A DNA stretch of 64,000 bases from Eledone cirrhosa. Lineage: Eukaryota. The notes below the pieces were generated by a model. It saw only the letters and a program-made list of their open reading frames with translations. It was not told the origin of the DNA and ran no database searches. Position numbers and translations under genes: made by a program. The stretch is from positions 378,696,001 to 378,760,000 of the forward strand of contig OZ024743.1 in NCBI GenBank assembly GCA_964016885.1, given 5' to 3'. This document shows positions 1-12,346 of this stretch, in pieces; within the stretch, counting starts at the first letter, position 1, and each line of letters opens with the position of its first letter.

Positions 1-720
1 AGGGTTCTCCCATATTGTCCAGGTATATATCATTGTAGAAGTGGTGGTGGTCTGTTTATTAGGAGACAGGGTTCTCCCATATTGTCCAGGTATATAACAT
101 TGTAGAAGTGGTGGTGGTCTGTTTGTTAGGAGACAGGGTTCTCCCATATTGTCCAGGTATATATCATTGTAGAAGTGGTGGTGGTCTGTTTATTAGGAGA
201 CAAGGTTCTCCTACATTGTCCAGGTATATATCATTGTAGAAGTGGTGGTGGTCTGTGTATTAGGAGACAGGGTTCTCCCATATTGTCTAGGTATATAACA
301 TTGTAGAAGTGGTGGTGGTCTGTTTGTTAGGAGACAGGGTTCTCCCATATTGTCCAGGTATATATCATTGTAGAAGTGGTGGTGGTCTGTCTATTAGGAG
401 ACAGGGTTCTCCTACATTGTCCAGGTATATATCATTGTAGAAGTGGTGGTGGTCTGTGTATTAGGAGACAGGGTTCTCCCATATTGTCCAGGTATATATC
501 ATTGTAGTAGTGGTGGTGGTCTGTGTATTAGGAGACAGGCTTCTCCCATAGTGTCCAGGTATATCTCATTGTAGTAGTGGTGGTGGTCTGTTTATTAGGA
601 GACAGTGTCCTCCTACATTGTCCAGGTATATATCATTGTAGTGATCAGTGAATTAGGAGACAGAGTTACCCCACATTGTCCAGAAATATATCATTGTGGT
701 AGTGATGGGGGTGGTCTGTA
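1..720. repeat. 67-bp minisatellite (about 10-11 copies visible) inside an ELOVL intron
   Basis: Unit agggttctcccatattgtccaggtatatatcattgtagaagtggtggtggtctgtttattaggagac recurs at 1, 68, 135 and onward. The last copies are degenerate and the array runs off the left edge. Confidence 0.97.
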
Positions 721-734
721 TAATTCTTCCTGCT

Positions 735-930
735 TTTATTTATTTCTTCTTTGCCCACTTCTTCCTGAGAGGGTCAAGGGGGCAGAGTCCTCAAACATTC
801 CTTCCAGTGGGTCCTGTTAGAAGCAACTGTCTCCAAATGATCCAACTGGATCCCCAAGCTAGACTAACCAAGATCATGGATGTTATAGAAGGAAAAGAGT
901 CTTAACGTTTTGGATGTTGGACATTCATTA
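735..930 (-). mobile_element. 3' end relic of an RTE-clade LINE
   Basis: Minus-strand translation IHDLG*SSLGIQLDHLETVASNRTHWKECLRTLP resembles the RTE/Expander C-terminus (..LGI...LE.VA.DR..W...L..LP). It is followed by an A-rich tail. Confidence 0.6.
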
Positions 931-1015
931 GGAGAAAGAATGAGAAACAGACAAGAGTAAGAAACGAAAGGAAGAAAATCCATGTGTCTGTGTGTTTAGC
1001 CAGCTATTATATATA

Positions 1016-1091
1016 CAGGGTGTCCCTAAAAATGTATACATACTTCAACATCATTCTAATAAAAGTGCGTATACATTTTTGGAGGACATCC
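1016..1091. mobile_element. Very short Tc1/mariner-like MITE
   Basis: TA|CAGGGTGTCC.TAAAAATGTATAC ... GTATACATTTTT.GAGGACATCC terminal inverted repeats. Same family as 13782-13880. Confidence 0.6.
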
Positions 1092-1127
1092 AGAGATAAA
1101 GAAAAAGTTTAAAAATGAAGCGTTTAC

Positions 1128-1233
1128 CTGGAACAAATTTTACTCCAAACCACCAAGATACTGGCATTATACCATGATGGAAGACATGAAGGAAAGATAC
1201 TTGATTCAATTTCTTTCTCAAAATAAAGAATAT
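1128..1233 (-). CDS. ELOVL7: ELOVL1/7-like elongase, coding exon 5 ([36 protein letters not shown]-)
   Basis: Acceptor CAG at 1235-1234 and donor GTAAAC at 1127; 106 nt. Contains the catalytic HxxHH box (HVFHH), and MP..WW.GVKF is ELOVL1/7-like. The remaining 3' exons lie left of the window. Confidence 0.96.
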
Positions 1234-2281
1234 CTGTAATAGAAAATATTTTTTCCTGTTTAATATCTTCAGCAAAGCAATCTGGTTTGGTTTGGGTTTT
1301 TATTATATTTATTTATACAATAATCGAACATGCTGCCTGATATTTCCCATTATATCACAAAAATTGGATTATGAGTGATCTATTAATATGCCGTGTGTAA
1401 TCACTGAATTAAATGTTTAGTTACTATATATCTACCAAGAATATACTGCTTTTGTGTTTTCATTATCAAAATAATCAATGATTATGATAGGTTTAGTGAA
1501 ATATCTAACTTTTTAACTTTCAACAAAAGTCAAATATCTATCTACTGAAATTTAATACTACCTGTCATGTAATAATGAGATTTCAGCCCAAGGTTTAAAT
1601 TTAAAATTGAACACTTTAATAGACGTAGTTTTGGGTTGGTTGGTATTTGAAGGTTAAATAACAAATTGATATAAGAACTTAAGAAAGAAAAATGAATGCT
1701 TATAGCTAACAGACCATAGAATTCTAGCTTGAAAATGACGCATCCAATTGTTACCAGTGTGGAAAGAATGGATGTAAAACTGATGATGATAATAAATAAT
1801 AAACACTGGTAATTGAGTATCTAGTTTAGAATAGACACACTGTTTCCCTACATCTTCTAAGAAGTGACTAAAAGTGCTGTGGTAACTGTGTATCCAATTT
1901 AGAATAGGACACTGTTTCCCTACGTGTTGTAAGAAGTGACTAAAAGTGTTGATGTCACGACTTTGTGAAAAACTTAACTTGGCTGAGATTTTTACATTAA
2001 GTTGTAAATGTAAATATTTCTTCCAAGACATTAGAAATCATCAACGTGAAACATCCATTCTCTCTGCTAGCACCAAAGAAGACACTATGGGTTTCTGCAT
2101 ATTTTCTTTCAACTAAATTTCACTGACAAGGCATTGGTCAACTTGAAGCTATAATACAAGACACATGCTCAAGGTGCAGTTCCATACAATGAGATGGTGC
2201 AGTACCATACAGTGAGAAGGTGCAATACCATGCAGCAAGATCAAACCTGAAGCCAAATTGTTACAAAAGAAACTTCTTTAA

Positions 2282-2487
2282 CCCTTTACCATTTACATTA
2301 CTGTATTTATACTATTGTATTTTTGTGGTAAAGGCCTTATCTTACATAATATCAAGTCTATGAGAATTTGATATCATTTATATTGAGAACAATACCTTAA
2401 CATCAGTATGTTTGCTCAGTTACAGCTGGTTTGAACAGAAAGAGGTGAGAATTCTGGCCAGATATGGCCAGTTTAAATGCTAAAAGG
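2282..2487. mobile_element. Degenerate piggyBac-like MITE
   Basis: TTAA|CCCTTTACCATTT ... AAATGCTAAAAGG|TTAC: imperfect TIRs with a TTAA-like target. Confidence 0.5.
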
Positions 2488-2640
2488 TTACACACAGCCA
2501 TGCCTATGCTTATTTCCTTTATTTTGTTATTTAACTTTGATAAAACCTTTACAGAATTTGAAGCTATTTTCTTATGGAGAAGAAATATATATTTGCATCT
2601 AATAAAATATAATATACATAATAAAATAAAATAATCTTAC

Positions 2641-2697
2641 TGTATCTAAAAGTTCAATAAATTTAGAAAAATAGAACCACCAACAAGCTCTGGCCAT
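2641..2697 (-). CDS. ELOVL7: ELOVL1/7-like elongase, coding exon 4 (MARACWWFYFSKFIELLDT)
   Basis: Polypyrimidine tract plus CAG acceptor at 2699-2698 and donor GTAAG at 2640; 57 nt. Contains the KxxExxDT elongase motif. Confidence 0.96.
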
Positions 2698-2934
2698 CTG
2701 TGGAAGAAAATAGGGAAAAGAAATAAGAATCAAATAAAACAATAAAGAGTTCTTTATTGTTTTATTTGATGTGTGTGTGTGTGTGTGTGTGTTGATGATT
2801 TATATATTACATGTGTGTGTGTGTGTTTCAAAATGTGAGAGTCCCAAATGCAGGAAATAACTGTAATAACAGTGAATTACTATAAATAATAGTTGAGAAA
2901 ATTGGATAAATTACCCTTAACAACAGAAAAAAGT

Positions 2935-3030
2935 GGACAGAGGACACATGTCCAATGTGTCAAACAGTAGGATTGAACCCCAAATCATGTGGTTACAAAG
3001 CAAACTTCCTAATCACATTATGTCTGCACC
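2935..3030 (-). mobile_element. tRNA-derived SINE 5' fragment
   Basis: The minus strand has a B-box-like GGTTCAATCC followed by GGACATGTGTCC. It is similar to the plus-strand relic at 16919-17090. Confidence 0.5.
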
Positions 3031-3103
3031 AACGAAAAAAAAATGTAAATAAATGTCAGAAATTAAGGTAAATTCTAGAATCTTCTTCTGAAGAACAACT
3101 CAC

Positions 3104-3184
3104 CCTCATGGCTTGTGTTGACCGAGAATAGTCTACTGGCTGACATCGTATACTATAACCAGCAAACCAACCAGATGATATGAA
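3104..3184 (-). CDS. ELOVL7: ELOVL1/7-like elongase, coding exon 3 (FISSGWFAGYSIRCQPVDYSRSTQAMR)
   Basis: Acceptor TTTTAG at 3186-3185 and donor GTGAGT at 3103; 81 nt, phase 0. Contains the GW..GYS..CQPVDYS motif. Confidence 0.95.
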
Positions 3185-3514
3185 CTAAAATTTAACAAAC
3201 TTTTCTTTAAAAGCAGTCACATTTGATATAATCAACAAATATTTACAATTTAGAATTACATAGAATTATGTAGAATAAACTGACAAGAAAATTAAAAAAA
3301 CTGGTTTGAGATTGGTAACTATATTTATAACAGCAAATTACATGATACAAGAGCCTTAAGTAAAATTATATTTTGAAGTTGAGAAGAGGGTAATGCTAAA
3401 GAGAGAGACAGATAGTGTGTGTGTGAATTGTTACTGTCCCAAACTATGTTGTCTTATTTAAAGTAATATTAATAGATGAATATTTGACAAAAAATTGTTT
3501 CTAATTCTAACGAC

Positions 3515-3673
3515 CTATGACAATACTACAGATGCTTTAACTCTCTATGACAATACTACAGATGTTTTAACTACCTATGACAATACTACAGAAGCTTTAA
3601 CTTTCTATAAAAATACTACAGATGTTCTAGTTATGACAATACTACAGATGTTCTAACTATGACAATACTACAG
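3515..3673. repeat. 26-30 bp tandem repeat (ctatgacaatactacagatgttttaa), about 6 copies
   Basis: Direct repeats are visible in ELOVL intron 3185-3802. Confidence 0.85.
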
Positions 3674-3802
3674 ACCAAGTAGAATATTCCACAATGACAC
3701 ACTAAAGGTTAGTTTCAAAGTTTGCTTGAGTAGTTCATATACCAACGACTCATCACTCACTGATTTATGCTATCAAAGAAAAAGAAAAATTGTAATAGTT
3801 AC

Positions 3803-3990
3803 CTCTTCTAATATGTATGCTGATAACAAAACCATTGCAATGTTGTAAATAAGCATGGCTTTCCGAATTTCATATGGTTTACGGTTAGCCATGTATATGG
3901 GACCTACTTTAGTAATTACCATATATAGCAGACATATAAGAAAGCTTGGCACAGGTGATGACATCATAAACCAATCAGCTACACGGGGAT
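3803..3990 (-). CDS. ELOVL7: ELOVL1/7-like elongase, coding exon 2 (DPRVADWFMMSSPVP...YNIAMVLLSAYILEE)
   Basis: Acceptor AG at 3992-3991 and donor GTAAC at 3802; 188 nt. Contains DPRV.DW..M.SP, GP..M.NRKP and YN motifs typical of ELO-family elongases. Overlaps ORF 3773..3967. Confidence 0.95.
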
Positions 3991-4059
3991 CTATGGAATA
4001 TTAAAGGTAGAAACAATAGAAATATAGCATATCCTTATTAACGATATATGCAAATATAT

Positions 4060-4443
4060 GCACCCAGTCCACTCTATAAAGTAGTAGTGCTGGCGTCAAA
4101 AAAACAAAACAAAAAATAGAAAAGCACCCAGTCTATCTAATGTGGTCATACAGGTGTAACAACAAAAAGCACCCAGTCCACCCTGTAAAGTGGTCATACA
4201 GGTACCATTTCAAAAAGCACATAATCCATCCTGTAAGATGGTCATACTGGTTCCATGACAAAATACCCAGTCCATCCTGTCGGGTGGTTGGTATTAGGAA
4301 GGGCATCTAACTATAGAAAACCAAGCCCAAAATAGAGAGTATGTGTAAGATACAGTCACTTCAGCTGTCTGGTCACATAATGCGACAACCCATTTAATAC
4401 ACGCAAGCATGGAAAATAGACATGAAATGGTGATGTGATGATG
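4060..4443 (+). mobile_element. SINE 3' part preceded by about 5 degenerate tandem copies of its aaaaagcacccag...gtaaagtgg segment
   Basis: ggttggtattaggaagggcatc...gcatggaaaatagacatgaaatggtgatgtgatgatg matches copies at 23027-23210 (+) and 10004-10240 (-). Confidence 0.7.
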
Positions 4444-4479
4444 GGCATTAAATGCAGAGAATGTGTGGAGGCTAAAGAG

Positions 4480-4790
4480 AAATGATGCACACATGCTACA
4501 ATGGATGGATGAGATAGAAACACGGTATAAGAGGAATCAAATGTAGTGTGCAAGAGAGAAGACTGGGATGGACATATGTGTAAGCATGATGATTGCTGAG
4601 TGAAGAAGTGCCAGGAGTCCCAATTGAAAAGAAGCTGCAGTAAAGGAAGGTAAGGAAGACCTAGGCAGAAGTTGTGAGAGTAGATCTCAAAACACTAAAC
4701 CTGACAGAGGAGATAACGAAGGAATGTAGTAAGTGGAGGGAAGCTGTAAACATGGAAGAGCTGAGATACAAGATGATGATGATTATGATA
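4480..4790 (+). mobile_element. 3' end relic of an RTE-clade LINE with (GAT)n tail
   Basis: Broken frames give VQERRLGW...VKKC...GR*GRP...EVVRVDLKTLNLTEEIT...WREAV, resembling an RTE C-terminus. It ends in gatgatgatgattatgat. Confidence 0.65.
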
Positions 4791-4939
4791 GATCACTAAT
4801 AAGACTTAATTAGAAATATCTTAATTAGTGTTCACTTCCTTAAAAGAACAAAACCAAATAATTAGTGTCATTAAGAGATTTACGAATCTATTGAAAATCT
4901 TTATACCAATTCTTCCAAAAATGTTTTATAAATACTCAC

Positions 4940-4994
4940 CTCCTTTCTGCATAACCTCATCATACACTTTTGCAGCAGTTGTCATCCACAACAT
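4940..4994 (-). CDS. ELOVL7: ELOVL1/7-like fatty acid elongase, first coding exon (MLWMTTAAKVYDEVMQKG-)
   Basis: ATG at 4994-4992 with an in-frame TAA four codons upstream. Acceptor TATTTAG ends at 5024, so the exon probably starts at 5023. Donor is G|GTGAGT at 4939. Its 55 coding nt (phase 1) join the next exon to give G|AT = Asp of DPRV. Confidence 0.85.
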
Positions 4995-5065
4995 CTTGCT
5001 GGTTTACTGAAGCTGCACACAATCTAAATAACAAAGCAGATAATAGCAGTAAAGAAAGTGAAACA

Positions 5066-5525
5066 AATTTATATATTTTAAACTAAGTGTTGATAGAACC
5101 ACAAAAATGTTTACAAATCTATATATTTTAAACTAAGTGTTGATACAACCACAAAAAAGTGTTTATGAATTTATGTATTTTAAATTAAGTATGTGTACAC
5201 ACACAAAGAACTGAAATGAATTTATATATATTTTAACTACTTATGATACAACCACAAAGAAATTTAACCCTTTTGATACCAAACCACCTGAAAATGCCCT
5301 GGATTTATAATACAAAACAGCTAAATTTCGTTTAATATTCAATATATCAGCTTAATAATAAAAAAAAGTTGTTATTTTATAAAATTCCTCTGAAGTTTTG
5401 TTTTTCAAAATTAATTGGATCATATATTAAAAATATGGTAATGAAAGGGTTAAATGAGTTTATGTATTTAAAACTAAATATGACTATACAAAGAAATTGA
5501 ATTGAAATTAATTTATATATTTTTA
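5066..5525. repeat. Degenerate ~50-57 bp AT-rich tandem repeat (tttatatattttaaactaagtgttgatacaaccacaaa) interrupted by a MITE
   Basis: About four units lie before 5264 and one to two after 5453. Confidence 0.7.
5268..5449. mobile_element. piggyBac-like MITE
   Basis: TTAA(5264-5267)|CCCTTTTGATACC ... GGTAATGAAAGGG|TTAA(5450-5453): TIRs and a TTAA duplication. Related to 24590-24821. Confidence 0.8.
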
Positions 5526-5756
5526 ATGAATCAATTTAAATTATAGCTCCATTGCCCTCAATCAATATCTTAAGCTAAGCTCCACCTACATTAACTGTCC
5601 TCAATACCCTTAGCTCCACCCAATTATGTGTCCTCAATACCCTTAGCTCCACCTACATTAACTGTCCTCAATCAATACCTTAAGCTCCACCCAATTATGT
5701 GTCCTCAATCAATAACCTAAGCTCCACCCACATTAACTGTCCCCAATCAATATTCT

Positions 5757-8700
5757 AGGTTCCACCCAGCAGTGTCACTACCTCCAGCCTTCTCCACACA
5801 TGTATTAAGTCATCAATACCCAAGGTTCCACCCAGCAGTGTCACTACCTCCAGCCTTCTCCACACATGTATTAAGTCATCAATACCCAAGGTTCCACCCA
5901 GCAGTGTCACTACCTCCAGCCTTCTCCACACATGTATTAAGTCATCAATACCCAAGGTTCCACCCAGCAGTGTCACTACCTCCAGCCTTCTCCACACATG
6001 TATTAAGTCATCAATACCCAAGGTTCCACCCAGCAGTGTCACTACCTCCAGCCTTCTCCACACATGTATTAAGTCATCAATACCCAAGGTTCCACCCAGC
6101 AGTGTCACTACCTCCAGCCTTCTCCACACATGTATTAAGTCATCAATACCCAAGGTTCCACCCAGCAGTGTCACTACCTCCAGCCTTCTCCACACATGTA
6201 TTAAGTCATCAATACCCAAGGTTCCACCCAGCAGTGTCACTACCTCCAGCCTTCTCCACACATGTATTAAGTCATCAATACCCAAGGTTCCACCCAGCAG
6301 TGTCACTACCTCCAGCCTTCTCCACACATGTATTAAGTCATCAATACCCAAGGTTCCACCCAGCAGTGTCACTACCTCCAGCCTTCTCCACACATGTATT
6401 AAGTCATCAATACCCAAGGTTCCACCCAGCAGTGTCACTACCTCCAGCCTTCTCCACACATGTATTAAGTCATCAATACCCAAGGTTCCACCCAGCAGTG
6501 TCACTACCTCCAGCCTTCTCCACACATGTATTAAGTCATCAATACCCAAGGTTCCACCCAGCAGTGTCACTACCTCCAGCCTTCTCCACACATGTATTAA
6601 GTCATCAATACCCAAGGTTCCACCCAGCAGTGACACTACCTCCAGCCTTCTCCACACATGTATTAAGTCATCAATACCCAAGGTTCCACCCAGCAGTGTC
6701 ACTACCTCCAGCCTTCTCCACACATGTATTAAGTCATCAATACCCAAGGTTCCACCCAGCAGTGACACTACCTCCAGCCTTCTCCACACATGTATTAAGT
6801 CATCAATACCCAAGGTTCCACCCAGCAGTGTCACTACCTCCAGCCTTCTCCACACATGTATTAAGTCATCAATACCCAAGGTTCCACCCAGCAGTGTCAC
6901 TACCTCCAGCCTTCTCCACACATGTATTAAGTCATCAATACCCAAGGTTCCACCCAGCAGTGTCACTACCTCCAGCCTTCTCCACACATGTATTAAGTCA
7001 TCAATACCCAAGGTTCCACCCAGCAGTGTCACTACCTCCAGCCTTCTCCACACATGTATTAAGTCATCAATACCCAAGGTTCCACCCAGCAGTGTCACTA
7101 CCTCCAGCCTTCTCCACACATGTATTAAGTCATCAATACCCAAGGTTCCACCCAGCAGTGTCACTACCTCCAGCCTTCTCCACACATGTATTAAGTCATC
7201 AATACCCAAGGTTCCACCCAGCAGTGTCACTACCTCCAGCCTTCTCCACACATGTATTAAGTCATCAATACCCAAGGTTCCACCCAGCAGTGTCACTACC
7301 TCCAGCCTTCTCCACACATGTATTAAGTCATCAATACCCAAGGTTCCACCCAGCAGTGTCACTACCTCCAGCCTTCTCCACACATGTATTAAGTCATCAA
7401 TACCCAAGGTTCCACCCATCCATGTCACTACCTCCAGCCTTCTCCACACATGTATTAAGTCATCAATACCCAAGGTTCCACCCAGCAGTGTCACTACCTC
7501 CAGCCTTCTCCACACATGTATTAAGTCATCAATACCCAAGGTTCCACCCAGCAGTGACACTACCTCCAGCCTTCTCCACACATGTATTAAGTCATCAATA
7601 CCCAAGGTTCCACCCAGCAGTGTCACTACCTCCAGCCTTCTCCACACATGTATTAAGTCATCAATACCCAAGGTTCCACCCAGCAGTGTCACTACCTCCA
7701 GCCTTCTCCACACATGTATTAAGTCATCAATACCCAAGGTTCCACCCAGCAGTGTCACTACCTCCAGCCTTCTCCACACATGTATTAAGTCATCAATACC
7801 CAAGGTTCCACCCATCCATGTCACTACCTCCAGCCTTCTCCACACATGTATTAAGTCATCAATACCCAAGGTTCCACCCAGCAGTGTCACTACCTCCAGC
7901 CTTCTCCACACATGTATTAAGTCATCAATACCCAAGGTTCCACCCAGCAGTGTCACTACCTCCAGCCTTCTCCACACATGTATTAAGTCATCAATACCCA
8001 AGGTTCCACCCAGCAGTGTCACTACCTCCAGCCTTCTCCACACATGTATTAAGTCATCAATACCCAAGGTTCCACCCATCCATGTCACTACCTCCAGCCT
8101 TCTCCACACATGTATTAAGTCATCAATACCCAAGGTTCCACCCAGCAGTGTCACTACCTCCAGCCTTCTCCACACATGTATTAAGTCATCAATACCCAAG
8201 GTTCCACCCAGCAGTGTCACTACCTCCAGCCTTCTCCACACATGTATTAAGTCATCAATACCCAAGGTTCCACCCAGCAGTGTCACTACCTCCAGCCTTC
8301 TCCACACATGTATTAAGTCATCAATACCCAAGGTTCCACCCAGCAGTGACACTACCTCCAGCCTTCTCCACACATGTATTAAGTCATCAATACCCAAGGT
8401 TCCACCCAGCAGTGTCACTACCTCCAGCCTTCTCCACACATGTATTAAGTCATCAATACCCAAGGTTCCACCCAGCAGTGTCACTACCTCCAGCCTTCTC
8501 CACACATGTATTAAGTCATCAATACCCAAGGTTCCACCCAGCAGTGTCACTACTTCCAGCCTTCTCCACACATGTATTAAGTCATCAATACCCAAGGTTC
8601 CACCCAGCAGTGTCACTACCTCCAGCCTTCTCCACACATGTATTAAGTCATCAATACCCAAGGTTCCACCCAGCAGTGTCACTACTTCCAGCCTTCTCCA

Positions 8701-9870
8701 CACATGTATTAAGTCATCAATACCCAAGGTTCCACCCAGCAGTGTCACTACCTCCAGCCTTCTCCACACATGTATTAAGTCATCAATACCCAAGGTTCCA
8801 CCCAGCAGTGTCACTACCTCCAGCCTTCTCCACACATGTATTAAGTCATCAATACCCAAGGTTCCACCCAGCAGTGACACTACCTCCAGCCTTCTCCACA
8901 CATGTATTAAGTCATCAATACCCAAGGTTCCACCCAGCAGTGTCACTACCTCCAGCCTTCTCCACACATGTATTAAGTCATCAATACCCAAGGTTCCACC
9001 CAGCAGTGTCACTACTTCCAGCCTTCTCCACACATGTATTAAGTCATCAATACCCAAGGTTCCACCCAGCAGTGTCACTACCTCCAGCCTTCTCCACACA
9101 TGTATTAAGTCATCAATACCCAAGGTTCCACCCAGCAGTGTCACTACCTCCAGCCTTCTCCACACATGTATTAAGTCATCAATACCCAAGGTTCCACCCA
9201 GCAGTGTCACTACCTCCAGCCTTCTCCACACATGTATTAAGTCATCAATACCCAAGGTTCCACCCAGCAGTGTCACTACCTCCAGCCTTCTCCACACATG
9301 TATTAAGTCATCAATACCCAAGGTTCCACCCAGCAGTGTCACTACCTCCAGCCTTCTCCACACATGTATTAAGTCATCAATACCCAAGGTTCCACCCAGC
9401 AGTGTCACTACCTCCAGCCTTCTCCACACATGTATTAAGTCATCAATACCCAAGGTTCCACCCAGCAGTGTCACTACCTCCAGCCTTCTCCACACATGTA
9501 TTAAGTCATCAATACCCAAGGTTCCACCCAGCAGTGTCACTACCTCCAGCCTTCTCCACACATGTATTAAGTCATCAATACCCAAGGTTCCACCCAGCAG
9601 TGTCACTACCTCCAGCCTTCTCCACACATGTATTAAGTCATCAATACCCAAGGTTCCACCCAGCAGTGTCACTACCTCCAGCCTTCTCCACACATGTATT
9701 AAGTCATCAATACCCAAGGTTCCACCCAGCAGTGTCACTACCTCCAGCCTTCTCCACACATGTATTAAGTCATCAATACCCAAGGTTCCACCCAGCAGTG
9801 TCACTACCTCCAGCCTTCTCCACACATGTATTAAGTCATCAATACCCAAAGCTCCACCCAGCAGTGTCAA
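5757..9870. repeat. Highly homogeneous 66-bp minisatellite, about 62 copies
   Basis: Unit aggttccacccagcagtgtcactacctccagccttctccacacatgtattaagtcatcaataccca. I see only three recurrent variants (gtGacac, cccaTcCAtgtc, tacTtcc). Confidence 0.99.
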
Positions 9871-10003
9871 TCCCCACTCACATTAACCGAAGACATGGAA
9901 TGGCAGAATTAAATGAGAAATATTAAGGAGAATGTTTTAAGTAGTGATACAGCTGTATAGACTTTAGGGTATTGAGGTCATTTAATATGTGTCATGTTAG
10001 GAT

Positions 10004-10240
10004 CATCATCCTTTAATATCAGCTTTTCCTGCTAGCAAGGGTTGGACCATATAACATTTCAGCAGTTTCTATCTACCAATTTTTACACAAAGCATTATTT
10101 AACCCAAGGCTATAGAACTGATTTTGGCTTGGTTTCTACAGCTAGATACTCTTCCTAATGCCAACCACATTTACAGTGATGACTGAGCGCTTTTTATCAT
10201 AACTCCTACATGACAACTTTGCAGTATGGGCTGGGCACTT
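10004..10240 (-). mobile_element. SINE (same family as 23027-23210)
   Basis: The reverse complement shows gtaaatgtggttggcattaggaagagtatctagctgtagaaaccaagcc and a gatgatg tail. Confidence 0.65.
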
Positions 10241-10944
10241 TATATATACACACATATATTTAAATCATCATTTTCATCACTATTGTATTTACATTGACTT
10301 TTCCATGTTGGTATGGATAGGATGTGACTTTCTGAGGCAATGTTTTATAGCCTGAAGCCCTTCCTGATATCATCCGTTTTAGTTGTTTCTTACGACACAC
10401 AGAGTTACATTACACTTATTCTAAACTGAACACACGCAGTTCAAATATCTATTTTTATTTATAAAATAATTTGAGTAACTTATATAGTGAAAATGTAGCT
10501 TGACAGGAAATTTTATAATTTTTTCCTGTAAAATCCCCACCTTTCTTCATTATCAGTGTTACAATTTTTTTTGAAATATACAAACGAGAAATTTATTTTA
10601 TTTCCATCCTAATAATATTTTTATTTTCAAAATTAGTATTCATTTCATTATTTGGATAAGCACCATTAAATCATAATTATTTAAACTATATAACATTATC
10701 TATAGTGAAAAGGTATACTCCTAAAATTGCCTGTGATATAAAAGGTAACACACTAGTTTATATTACTCTTAGCTCTTAGTCCAGCTTGTTCCGTCGAGAA
10801 CATACGTCAAGCAATCGTCTCTAATGTTGTCGGTCAGGGGCAAAGTTTTATATAAGCGTCAATAAATTATCAACCATCATATGATGGTTGACACTCTAGT
10901 GAACGTATAAAGGTAACTCAAATATTCTAAATCAAACATTCAAC

Positions 10945-11250
10945 AAGGTTGGTGAATTGGAAGAATAAATAGAGCATTGAACAAATGCTTAGCAATATTT
11001 GTTTCAGCTCTTTCTGGGTTCAAATATCGTGGACGTCAACATGGCCTTTCATCCTTCCAGGGATGATAAAATAAAGTACCAGTAAAGTACTGGGTGGTCG
11101 ATGCAATCGATTTTTCCTTCTCCACAAATTGCTGGCCTTCTGCCTAAATTAGAAATCCATTATGAAGGTGTTATCTCGCCGAGATCAACTTTGCCTTTCA
11201 TCCTTCTGGGATCGATAAATAAAGTACTAGTAAAGTAGTGAGGTCGATGA
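10945..11250 (+). mobile_element. tRNA-derived SINE with gcctttcatcct..gataaaataaagtaccag central domain, plus a second partial copy
   Basis: B-box GGGTTCAAAT near 11016, conserved centre near 11043 and 11193, and 3' aattgctggcctt.tgcctaaattagaaa. Homologous to 12347-12532. Confidence 0.75.
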
Positions 11251-11920
11251 AACAACAGATACATGAGATAGGTTCATTCCCAGATATATGCAGTACTCGT
11301 TGGCTTCATCCAGTAGCTTTTGTAACAACTGAAAAACTAATCAATGTGTATAACGGTGAAGTCGTAAGGGTGCCGTCTTGATATACAGCATGTCTGGGGC
11401 ATTTAAAACCTAACAGAGCACACCCCTTTTCCAGGTCTGAACACAATCGATTTCAGAGAGAGAGATACCCCTAGTACTGAACTGTTACTTTATTTATTGA
11501 CCTCGACAGGTTTTGAAATCAGGGAGCATAGTGAATCGGAACGAATACAGCAAAGAATTCTATCCAACGTTCCAATGGTCGCCTTATATGTTTTATAATA
11601 CATTGAGGGAAATGTTCTAGTTATGATTTATTACCTAGAGCAGAATTTCGACAAATTCATTTTTTTTTTAACATAGGTGCTAAAAATGTGTATCGAGACT
11701 TTGTCTGATTGATTTATCTTCAACGGCAACAGTTCCAAACCCCTAGAATAAGGGAGAAAAGATCTACAAAGGTAATGCCGTCAGAGAAGGTGGATCTGTG
11801 AGCTTATTAAGTAAACCGGTCTTTCCTAAGCATTGAGTCGACGGAGACATTGCTTTAAATGAACCTAGTTCTTGATATTAAAAAGACTGGAACCACTCAT
11901 GTTCGTTCGTTCTCTCTCTC

Positions 11921-11952
<32 letters not shown>

Positions 11953-12004
11953 CGTCCAAACCCATGCAAGTGTGGAACATGGATGTTAAACGATGATGAT
12001 GATG

Positions 12005-12006
<2 letters not shown>

Positions 12007-12052
<46 letters not shown>
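12007..12052. repeat. (TA)n microsatellite
   Basis: Perfect TA run. A similar run lies at 13734-13783 and (TG)n runs at 2770-2826. Confidence 0.95.
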
Positions 12053-12055
<3 letters not shown>

Positions 12056-12346
12056 ATTTCCCCGTTGAAATACAATTCTGGTTTTTAAAAAATAAAGCTT
12101 ATTTGCATTATATCCGGCATTAAAAATATCGGGTCATCACACTAAAAATGTTACGGAATACCATCAGCTTAAGTTTCGTTACAAGTGGATCATCGCCGTC
12201 AAAAGCCTTGAATGTGTGTAATTTTGCTTATATATATATATACGTGTAGCTACTGTCGCTGAGAGAGTGGGATTGGTTCAGTGCAGTCTTTCCTCACTTT
12301 AAAAAAAGAAATCTTCACGCACAGGCATTGCACGATAGCATTAATT

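Noticed and set aside
1-720. Common origin of the 67-bp repeat (reverse strand) and the large satellite (tctccta...caccaccact)
   Set aside because: The similarity is limited to short low-complexity words and cannot be supported without alignment statistics.
5755-9926. 1371-aa and 1384-aa ORFs on opposite strands
   Set aside because: They are stop-free frames of a 66-bp (3n) tandem repeat. They have near-zero synonymous variation, no unique domain, non-ATG starts, and are open on both strands.
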